Below are positions 7,460-15,001 of a stretch of DNA of 28,833 bases, in pieces. The stretch is from positions 1 to 28,833 of IMG/VR virus record IMGVR_UViG_3300044723_008107, one strand, 5' to 3'. The notes under the pieces were generated by a model. That model was not told the DNA's origin. It ran no database searches and saw nothing but the letters and a program-made list of their open reading frames with translations. Within the stretch, counting starts at the first letter, position 1. The number at the start of each line of letters is the position of its first letter. The stretch comes from a virus. Taxonomy: Duplodnaviria; Caudoviricetes. The position numbers and the translations under genes are program-made.

Positions 7460-7478
7460 AAGCATACTAGGAGAAACC

Positions 7479-8951
7479 ATGGCTGACATTGACGCTTTAC
7501 AAGGCCGACTTATTTTACTCAGAGCTGAAGGAGCCCGTTTACAAGATCAACTTGAAAACGCAGAAGCTTCAAGCAATGATAATAATATTAGAGCCACACA
7601 AGCCGCAATCAACCGAAACCGTGCTGAGCGTAATCAAATAGTTCAACAAATTAGTAGTTTGCGTCAGCCAGATCGCACGACTGTAAATGCACCAGGTTAT
7701 GCGTCACCTGAAGCAGACATTGTAATCACTATACCACAAGATGAAGGACCGGGAGTCACTGGTGGGTATGGCTTTGGTGATACCACTGAACCTCCTGGCA
7801 GTGGTAGGGTGCTTGAGGAAGTCGGTGAAGATGATCCTATTTTTCCAGGCGGCGGAGCTGGCATAGGTGTTGGTGCAGGTAACGGCAATGCCCAAGGTGC
7901 TGGAATCAACCCATTCGGTGCTGGCATACCGGCTCCAACTTTTCCAACTCCTGTAATTACTTTTGTTGAAGAAGAAGATGACCCTATTGTCGCACCATCT
8001 CCTGCAGAACAAAATGCAGTTACAACAGCGGTTCCGGCTGATGTCACCGACGATCCAACAGCGCCTGTTGACCTTGACGAACAAAATACTGGTCTCAACC
8101 TAGAAGGCACCGAAGCCACTAGTGTGAACAGTTTAAAAAATCAGTTACAGAAACAACCTGGAGTACGTCAAACACAGCAGCCACTGGCAGACGGGGACTG
8201 GCGGTATAGATTACAACTTGCACCAGGTGCTGGATATTTCTACAATGATCCGCAAAATCAATTGATGCGCCCATTGCTAAAAACACAAGGAGTTCTATTT
8301 CCGTACACGCCTCGTGTAGATATTAGCTACATGGCAGAATACACAAAATATAGACCAACACATAGTAACTATAAACAGTATTTCTATCAAGGCAGTGAAG
8401 TTGGCGAAATCAACGTTACTGCTGACTTTACAGCTCAAGATACCGCAGAAGCAGACTACCTACTTGCTGTAATCACATTTTTAAAAGCTGCAAGTAAAAT
8501 GTTTTATGGGCAAGACCCACAACGTGGCAGTCCGCCACCATTGCTTTATTTTACTGGTCTAGGCTCAATGCAGTTTAACAGGCATCCTGTTGTGATATCG
8601 CAGTTCAATTACAATTTACCAGATAACGTAAACTATATTAAATCAAATGCTGCGCAAATAGATAGCCAAAGTAATATTCTTCAACAAAGAAGATCATTGA
8701 ATACAGCAACAGGACCATCATGGGCAGGAAGCACTATTCGTTTGCTACTTAACAATCTGTCACAAGGAGCACAAGCTCGCATTCCAGGTCCAGATACAGT
8801 GCGGGCTAACAATCAAGAACCAACCTATGTACCAACCAAGTTAAGCATCAATTTTCAACTATTACCAGTAGCAACAAGGAAACAGATAAGCCAAAACTTC
8901 AGTTTAAAGAGATATGCAGATGGTAACCTACTGCGTGGAGGATACTGGTAA
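7479..8951 (+). CDS. Baseplate / tail-tube initiator protein (gp48/gp54-like tube fold) with N-terminal extension
   Basis: C-terminal half GVLFPYTP...HSNY..YFYQGS...ITFLKAASKMFYG...GSPPPLL...PVVISQFNYNLPDNVNYI is typical of tube-initiator proteins found upstream of gp53. The N-terminal ~230 aa are a coiled coil plus a G/P/D/E-rich linker. Confidence 0.6.
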   Translation: MADIDALQGRLILLRAEGARLQDQLENAEASSNDNNIRATQAAINRNRAERNQIVQQISSLRQPDRTTVNAPGYASPEADIVITIPQDEGPGVTGGYGFGDTTEPPGSGRVLEEVGEDDPIFPGGGAGIGVGAGNGNAQGAGINPFGAGIPAPTFPTPVITFVEEEDDPIVAPSPAEQNAVTTAVPADVTDDPTAPVDLDEQNTGLNLEGTEATSVNSLKNQLQKQPGVRQTQQPLADGDWRYRLQLAPGAGYFYNDPQNQLMRPLLKTQGVLFPYTPRVDISYMAEYTKYRPTHSNYKQYFYQGSEVGEINVTADFTAQDTAEADYLLAVITFLKAASKMFYGQDPQRGSPPPLLYFTGLGSMQFNRHPVVISQFNYNLPDNVNYIKSNAAQIDSQSNILQQRRSLNTATGPSWAGSTIRLLLNNLSQGAQARIPGPDTVRANNQEPTYVPTKLSINFQLLPVATRKQISQNFSLKRYADGNLLRGGYW

Positions 8952-9250
8952 TGGCAGAATATCAAAACAGCAGTCCTTATTTTACAACTCCACAAAACAG
9001 AGATTATCTAGGAGTTATGAATAATCGTCCGATACCAAAGTTGATTGATGATCAACAGTACACTATCACGCAAACTTACAATAAAAGACCTGATTTACTT
9101 GCAAACGATCTGTATCAAGATGCTGGTTTATGGTGGGTGTTTGCTCAACGCAACCCAAATACCTTGGTTGACCCTTTAAATGATTTTATAGCAGGCACTA
9201 CAATTTATCTACCTCAGCTGTCTACACTGAAAACTTCTTTAGGAATTTAA
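8951..9250 (+). CDS. gp53: Baseplate wedge protein, LysM-like (T4 gp53-like)
   Basis: 99 aa with RPDLLANDLYQDAGLWWVFAQRN...DF.AGTTIYLP, the characteristic gp53/LysM baseplate motif. TAATG overlap with the upstream gene. Confidence 0.8.
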   Translation: MAEYQNSSPYFTTPQNRDYLGVMNNRPIPKLIDDQQYTITQTYNKRPDLLANDLYQDAGLWWVFAQRNPNTLVDPLNDFIAGTTIYLPQLSTLKTSLGI

Positions 9251-9253
9251 CCT

Positions 9254-12163
9254 GTGGCTGATTTACGCGACATTCTCAATCGAATAGCAAATGTTCGATC
9301 CAATATAGATAATAGACTTCGCCCAGAATACGAAAGTTTACAAGCCGCAGTCAATGGCGGTGCAGGCGTAAATGAAATTCAAAGCAGAGCAGATGCATTA
9401 GACAGGAGCTTATCAGCGGCATACACAGTTGTTTCAAATCAAATTCAGCTGTTACCGCAAGTAACAGGTGCTACACCAAATGCAGTTGCAGATACCCAAA
9501 CCACACTTCGACGACTTGCAATAGAAATTGAAGTACTGCAAACCAGTGTGAATCGAGTACGGCAACAAGCCAGGCTCAATGATGAAGAACGCAACAACGC
9601 TGCTACCAGTTCGCGACAAAGTGCAGGACAAACTGTTGACGATGATAAAAAAGCACAGGTTGAAGGAGCACAAACACAAAGCCCAGAAATACCAAACGAG
9701 CAAACAGAATCTTCAAGAACAAATGCAACACCTGCTGCCACAACAGACACTGACGGTCTTGCAGATAATGGAGCACCGGCCAATCAAAGTGCGCCTGCAC
9801 AAACCCAAAAAAGTACCCAAACACAAGCAGGAACTAGTGCCAATACTGATGATCAATTTTTTAATCAGCAAGAAGGAATTGGTATTAGTAGAACAACCAA
9901 TGATGTTGACATTGCACCAGAATTTTTGCAAACAATAGTACCAACAGAAAATGTCCTCAATAGATTATCAACCAGCAACTACACATTGAGCATGTATGTA
10001 ATGAGTCCACCGGAGTATAGAGACTTGATTGCGCAAAAAAAGAAAACTTTACCAAGCAGTCAGTTGCTTGTGCAAAGTGGAGGTGCTCCAGTAGGACAAA
10101 GAAACAAATATTTTGATGTTGATTTTTATTTTGAAGACCTTACAATAGAGAGTTTGGTAGGCACACAAGAAGTGGGTAATTCACACAACGCAACCAATCT
10201 TGAAATGCGAATAATTGAACCACAGGGTATTACATTTTTACAGCGGTTAAAAAGGGCAGCTCTCGAACACTCAGGATTGACACCTGAGTTGGACAATGAG
10301 TTTTCAATGACATATCTATTGGTCATTAGATTTTACGGCTACGATGAGAATGGAAATCTTATTTCATCAAGTCAGTTAGGAACACAAGGTTTACGCACAG
10401 ACTCAGATGCTCTTGTGGAAAAATTTATACCGTTCCATATCGCACAACTGGATTATTCAATTGAAAGCAAGGCTACAGAATATAGAATAGTAGCTACCAC
10501 GCCACAAACTAGCATTGCATTTAGTCAGGCTAGAGCAACCATTCCATTTAATCTTGGATTGCAGGGAGAAACAGTAGAAGATTTGCTAGGCACCAGATCC
10601 AGTGGCAGACGTGTTGAAGTAGTAAACGGTGATTACGAACCTACTGAAGAAGAAATTGATCAGGGAAATGTTGATGCTCCCATTGGCAACATTTATAAAG
10701 GTAGCTTGGTTGGGGCATTGAATAAACACCAACAAGAGTTAGTAAAGGATGGAAGACAACAGTACGCAGATATTTACAAAATACAATTTGAAAACGCAAA
10801 TGGATTAGCAAATGCTCAGTTAGCAAAGCCGGGTAGACCGAATAAAGCACAGAGTACATCAAGTGATGCCGAAAACGCAGCCAATCGTTACCTTACTTCA
10901 AAATTAAATTATAATGGAAAAGCAAGGACCTGGGTAGTGCAGGCAGGAACACAAATTGTACAACTAATAGATCTCATAATGAGAAGCAGTACCTACATTA
11001 CAAAACAACAAAATGTGATAGTCGACGAAAAAACAGGCAAGGTATCTGCCGCAAAATCAGATGTGCCAACTGTGCAGTGGTATCGTGTAACATGCACAGT
11101 AGAACCACTACAATATGATCGAAAGCGCAGAGATTACCAATACGAAATAATCTATACAATTTCTAGATACCAGATTAACACACCATTGGTCCAAGGTTTT
11201 CCAAAAGCAAAATACAGAGGGACTCACAAGCTGTATAACTATTGGTTCACCGGCGAGAACACCGAAGTTTTAGATTTTAAAATTAATGTAAATGCTAATT
11301 ATCTAACTCCAATTAATCAAGCTGGGATAACAGATCCTAACGATGAAGTTGATGATCCTGGTCCTTTTCCTATCAAAAAGGCGTATGCTCCACCTAATGC
11401 AAGTCAACAAGGCGGAACCAGAAACAGTACAATTATTTCAGCAGGCCTCGCTGACCGACTGTATCAAGATGTGGATGTTGCAACCGCAGACATGCAGATT
11501 TTAGGAGATCCCGATTGGATACAACAAAGTGAAGTGTTTTATGGAACCAAAACTAATATCAATTTAAGTGCATTTTTACCGGACGGAAGTGTAAATTATG
11601 ATAGTAGTGAAGTATTATGGGAGTTGAAATTTAACCCGGTGACTGATTATAACACTGATGATGGATTAATGCCCATTTTCAGAGATCAACCTGGAATTCC
11701 TACAGCCGGCGGAACAATTAACCAAAGACAAGAGAATATTGTGTTCCAGGCTGTTAAAGTTACTAATTACTTTAGAGGTGGTGCTTTTACACAAACACTT
11801 AAAGGTAATAATAGGAATTTTGTAAATGCCATTGGCAATCCGGATCGTGTAATAGACTATGATAACCAGACTGATGCAACAGATTTTCCAACATCGCCAA
11901 GTCAAGTTCCAACAGGGTCAAATACAGCGATCACTGTAACTGTGCCAACACAGGAGCGTAGATTGCAAAGCAATGGGTCAACCACGAACTTTAATGTAGA
12001 TACCAGTTTACCTTTTAGAGATGTGCGTATAAACGGAACTTTAACTCGTGTATACGGAACACAAGCTGATCTAATACAGTATTATGGAGATCAAGGAGTG
12101 GCACCAAAACCAGGAAGTACAGTGGTTGACGATGATGCAGGTAATGCAGTCTTAAAACAGTAA
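9254..12163 (+). CDS. Putative baseplate hub / tail protein (gp27-like by position)
   Basis: 969 aa, GTG start after AGGA. Lies between gp53-like and gp5-like genes. Motifs DFYFEDLTIES, IIEPQGITFL, YNYWFTGENTEVLDF, MQILGDPDW and VTNYFRGGAFTQTLKG resemble hub proteins. The exact family is inferred. Confidence 0.55.
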   Translation: MADLRDILNRIANVRSNIDNRLRPEYESLQAAVNGGAGVNEIQSRADALDRSLSAAYTVVSNQIQLLPQVTGATPNAVADTQTTLRRLAIEIEVLQTSVNRVRQQARLNDEERNNAATSSRQSAGQTVDDDKKAQVEGAQTQSPEIPNEQTESSRTNATPAATTDTDGLADNGAPANQSAPAQTQKSTQTQAGTSANTDDQFFNQQEGIGISRTTNDVDIAPEFLQTIVPTENVLNRLSTSNYTLSMYVMSPPEYRDLIAQKKKTLPSSQLLVQSGGAPVGQRNKYFDVDFYFEDLTIESLVGTQEVGNSHNATNLEMRIIEPQGITFLQRLKRAALEHSGLTPELDNEFSMTYLLVIRFYGYDENGNLISSSQLGTQGLRTDSDALVEKFIPFHIAQLDYSIESKATEYRIVATTPQTSIAFSQARATIPFNLGLQGETVEDLLGTRSSGRRVEVVNGDYEPTEEEIDQGNVDAPIGNIYKGSLVGALNKHQQELVKDGRQQYADIYKIQFENANGLANAQLAKPGRPNKAQSTSSDAENAANRYLTSKLNYNGKARTWVVQAGTQIVQLIDLIMRSSTYITKQQNVIVDEKTGKVSAAKSDVPTVQWYRVTCTVEPLQYDRKRRDYQYEIIYTISRYQINTPLVQGFPKAKYRGTHKLYNYWFTGENTEVLDFKINVNANYLTPINQAGITDPNDEVDDPGPFPIKKAYAPPNASQQGGTRNSTIISAGLADRLYQDVDVATADMQILGDPDWIQQSEVFYGTKTNINLSAFLPDGSVNYDSSEVLWELKFNPVTDYNTDDGLMPIFRDQPGIPTAGGTINQRQENIVFQAVKVTNYFRGGAFTQTLKGNNRNFVNAIGNPDRVIDYDNQTDATDFPTSPSQVPTGSNTAITVTVPTQERRLQSNGSTTNFNVDTSLPFRDVRINGTLTRVYGTQADLIQYYGDQGVAPKPGSTVVDDDAGNAVLKQ
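11957..12088 (+). repeat. Copy 1 of a 44-aa module shared with the spike protein
   Basis: RRLQSNGSTTNFNVDTSLPFRDVRINGTLTRVYGTQADLIQYYG; 24/44 identical and ungapped to 14407-14538. Confidence 0.9.
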
Positions 12164-12171
12164 GGTGATAT

Positions 12172-14565
12172 ATGGTAGATAATATTCAACGAAGCACAGG
12201 TACCAGTAGAGCATATAAAACAGATGCTGGCGGTGTTCCTGTTGATCCTGGCCCGCACATTGGTGTTGTCAAAAACAATATAGATTTGGCAAGGACAGGC
12301 CGACTCCAGGTCTACATTGAATATCTAAGTTTAGAAGATGAAAATGATCCGCAAGGGTGGAAAAGTGTAAGTTACATTTCACCATTCTACGGACAAACTC
12401 GTCCTCCTGCACCTTCAACCGGTACTGGATCATTTTTGCAAAATCCACACAGTTATGGTATGTGGTTTACACCGCCAGATATTGGAACCAAGGTTATTTG
12501 TGTATTTGCACAAGGAGATCCTAACCAAGGATATTATTTTGGAAGCGTTGTAAATCCTGATTCTCATCATATGGTACCTGCCATTGGTTCAAGTAGTAAC
12601 TTTGTTGACAACCCAGAACTGAGTTCTACCTATTTCAAGGACAGTACAAAATTACCTGTAATCGAAATCAATGACGAAAACGCTGCCGCGGATGGCCCAA
12701 GATTTTTTGACCTGCCTAAACCAGTGCATTCATACAACGCCTTTGTTTTACTTCAACAAGGCTTATTAAACGATCATGTTCGTGGCACAATTGGCACAAA
12801 CAGTTATAGAGAAACTCCGAGTACAGCCTACGGAATAAGCACACCAGGGCGCCCAATCTATGGCGGAGGATATGACGAAGAACAATATCAACGTGCATTA
12901 CAAGAAGATGCAAACAGTCCTGGCGCAGCACCATTGGAATCGTTTGAAGTAATTGGACGTCGTGGCGGACACAGTTTTGTAATGGATGACGGTGATAGCA
13001 GTGGAAACGATCAGCATGTGAGAATTCGTACTGCACAAGGCCATCAAATCATAATGAGTGATACTGGCCAGTGCGTTCATATTATGCATGCGAATGGGCA
13101 AAGCTGGGTGGAACTAGGCAGCGAAGGAACTATTGATTTATATGCTACAAATAGTGTGAATATTCGCAGTAACGGTGATATTAACATGCATGCTGACCGT
13201 AATATTAATCTTAATAGCCGTTATGGCAGTTTAAATATTGCAAGTGATCGTGCAGTGGTCGTAGAAAGTGATGTAATTCAAATCACTGGCAAGAAAGCTA
13301 TGCTAGTAGAAAGTGACAAATATGTAGGCATACGAAGCGACGGTACTCTAAGTTTGCATGCAGTGAAGACAGGCACATTTAAAGGCGGCGACAACATGAT
13401 AATGAGTGCAGGGTGTATTAGCCTCAATGGTGGAAGTGCTCCTGATGTACCTAATACAGTAAGGTTAAATCGTTACAAATTACCAGACGTGACCTGGGCA
13501 GAAGGCACTGGTTGGGAAGTGAAACAAAATGATCTTGAAACCATTGTTAGCCGAGCGCCAACTCATGAGCCTTATCCTTTGCACGGAAGGGGAATAAACA
13601 CTACTACTTCACTTACAAGTGTTGCTGAAGATGTTCCTTTGCCTGTTGAAGTTACAGAAAGATTGAATAGCATTCAGGATATTCAGGTTGCAACCATTAG
13701 TGCCGCAGATTACGAAGCAACTGATTTGCCAGATGCAACAGTTGGTGCACTAGACCAAAATCAAGTACGAGCTATGTTAGCTCAACAAGATTTTGTTACA
13801 GGTCAGGCAGCTAATGTAATAAGCAATGCTAGAGGTGTTGGCAAATACGGATTTACTGCTCAACAATTAGAAAATGCTGGATATCTAAAACCAGGTACTG
13901 TTGAGTTTTATCTTGAAGGACAAAATACCGAAGTGGATATCTTGGGAAATCCAAATGTGTGGGCTGGCTTAGCAGGCATTGATAATGTTAGCACACTTTT
14001 GAACGATCCAGGTTTGCAAGACGCAATTCAGACTGATCTATACAACTCAGGATTGGCAAATCTACAAGATCTTGGTATAGTTTCAGGACAGGAAAATGCT
14101 GCTGACCTAGCCGGATTAGTACAGGCAGCCAGCGTGTATCCAGCAGAAACAATTAGAGATTGGATTAACGGAAATGTGCAAGACACAGCTACCCTTAATG
14201 ATATCAACACAATGGTACGTGGTACACAGTATAGTGTTAACCTGGCTAATCAAAAAATCAGCGAAGAAATTAAGGGCATAAACACTGATAACAGTGGGCA
14301 AGATACAACCAATAGAACGTCTATAGATGTTGCAGCATCTGCAATACTAGACGAAAAAACACCACCACCAAATTACGCAGATACTTTTGACGAACCTGCA
14401 CGAACCCGACAACTTTTAAACAATGGTAATTTAACAAATCTAAATGTTGACCCAAGTTTACCTTTTGTAATTCGTGTAATTAACGATGTGCTAACCAAAA
14501 TTTATGGCACAAGAGAAAACTTGTTGAAATACTATGGGCCTGCCCAGCCGCAAGACAGTTTATAA
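12172..14565 (+). CDS. gp5: Baseplate central spike (T4 gp5 / VgrG-like): OB fold, beta-helix, lysozyme-like domain, C-terminal module
   Basis: OB-fold motifs IGVVKNNIDLARTGRLQVYI and SYGMWFTPPDIGTKVICVFAQGDPNQGYYFG; GHSFVMDDG...RIRTAQGHQI; beta-helix repeats (IDLYATNSVNIRSNGDINMHADRNINL) ending ISLNGG. AAGGTG Shine-Dalgarno. Confidence 0.82.
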   Translation: MVDNIQRSTGTSRAYKTDAGGVPVDPGPHIGVVKNNIDLARTGRLQVYIEYLSLEDENDPQGWKSVSYISPFYGQTRPPAPSTGTGSFLQNPHSYGMWFTPPDIGTKVICVFAQGDPNQGYYFGSVVNPDSHHMVPAIGSSSNFVDNPELSSTYFKDSTKLPVIEINDENAAADGPRFFDLPKPVHSYNAFVLLQQGLLNDHVRGTIGTNSYRETPSTAYGISTPGRPIYGGGYDEEQYQRALQEDANSPGAAPLESFEVIGRRGGHSFVMDDGDSSGNDQHVRIRTAQGHQIIMSDTGQCVHIMHANGQSWVELGSEGTIDLYATNSVNIRSNGDINMHADRNINLNSRYGSLNIASDRAVVVESDVIQITGKKAMLVESDKYVGIRSDGTLSLHAVKTGTFKGGDNMIMSAGCISLNGGSAPDVPNTVRLNRYKLPDVTWAEGTGWEVKQNDLETIVSRAPTHEPYPLHGRGINTTTSLTSVAEDVPLPVEVTERLNSIQDIQVATISAADYEATDLPDATVGALDQNQVRAMLAQQDFVTGQAANVISNARGVGKYGFTAQQLENAGYLKPGTVEFYLEGQNTEVDILGNPNVWAGLAGIDNVSTLLNDPGLQDAIQTDLYNSGLANLQDLGIVSGQENAADLAGLVQAASVYPAETIRDWINGNVQDTATLNDINTMVRGTQYSVNLANQKISEEIKGINTDNSGQDTTNRTSIDVAASAILDEKTPPPNYADTFDEPARTRQLLNNGNLTNLNVDPSLPFVIRVINDVLTKIYGTRENLLKYYGPAQPQDSL
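14407..14538 (+). repeat. Copy 2 of the 44-aa module
   Basis: RQLLNNGNLTNLNVDPSLPFVIRVINDVLTKIYGTRENLLKYYG; 24/44 identical and ungapped to 11957-12088. Confidence 0.9.
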
Positions 14566-14571
14566 TTAGGT

Positions 14572-14577
14572 TAAATA
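14572..14577 (+). promoter_or_regulatory. Putative late promoter core (TAAATA) 4 nt upstream of the gp25 start
   Basis: GGTTAAATACGTTATG in a 16-nt intergenic gap. Confidence 0.45.
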
Positions 14578-14581
14578 CGTT

Positions 14582-14956
14582 ATGGCAACTTACATTGGTT
14601 ACAATACAGTCGATCAAGTTAAAAACTATGTATTAACTGATTTTGATCTTATCAAAAGAGATCTTCTTAATGCTTTTAATATCAAGCAAGGAGAAGTTCC
14701 AGGCCGGCCTAACGTGGGTACAACCATATGGAATTTTATGTTTGATAACCAGGGACCTGAACTTACACAAGATCTATACAATGAAATACAACGTGTAGTC
14801 GCACTGGATCCGAGAATTTATGTAGGAGATGTGCAGGTATATGTACAAGATAATGGCATACTCATCGAACTTGAAGTGGACACAATCGCTGGTGTAGAAC
14901 CATCGGTACTTGCTTTACTTTTTGATGAAAATACACGTCGTGCTAGTTATGTATAA
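14582..14956 (+). CDS. gp25: Baseplate wedge / sheath-nucleating protein (T4 gp25-like)
   Basis: 124 aa: LTDFDLIKRDLLNAFNIKQGEVPGRPNVGTTIWNFMFD...EIQRVVALDPRI matches the gp25/GpW pattern (GE...P.FG..I...LF....I......EPR). Confidence 0.88.
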   Translation: MATYIGYNTVDQVKNYVLTDFDLIKRDLLNAFNIKQGEVPGRPNVGTTIWNFMFDNQGPELTQDLYNEIQRVVALDPRIYVGDVQVYVQDNGILIELEVDTIAGVEPSVLALLFDENTRRASYV

Positions 14957-14976
14957 ACTAGGTATATTATTCAAGC

Positions 14977-14984
14977 CATAAATA
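14977..14984 (+). promoter_or_regulatory. Putative late promoter (CATAAATA) for gp6 and the giant gene
   Basis: 7/8 match to TATAAATA, intergenic, 17 nt upstream of the ATG, with an AAGGGA Shine-Dalgarno in between. Confidence 0.65.
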
Positions 14985-15001
14985 CTTCATCGGAAGGGAC
15001 T

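Noticed and set aside
11957-14538. The duplicated C-terminal module as a diversity-generating retroelement TR/VR pair
   Set aside because: Differences are not confined to adenines, both copies are coding, nucleotide identity is modest, and no reverse transcriptase is in the window.
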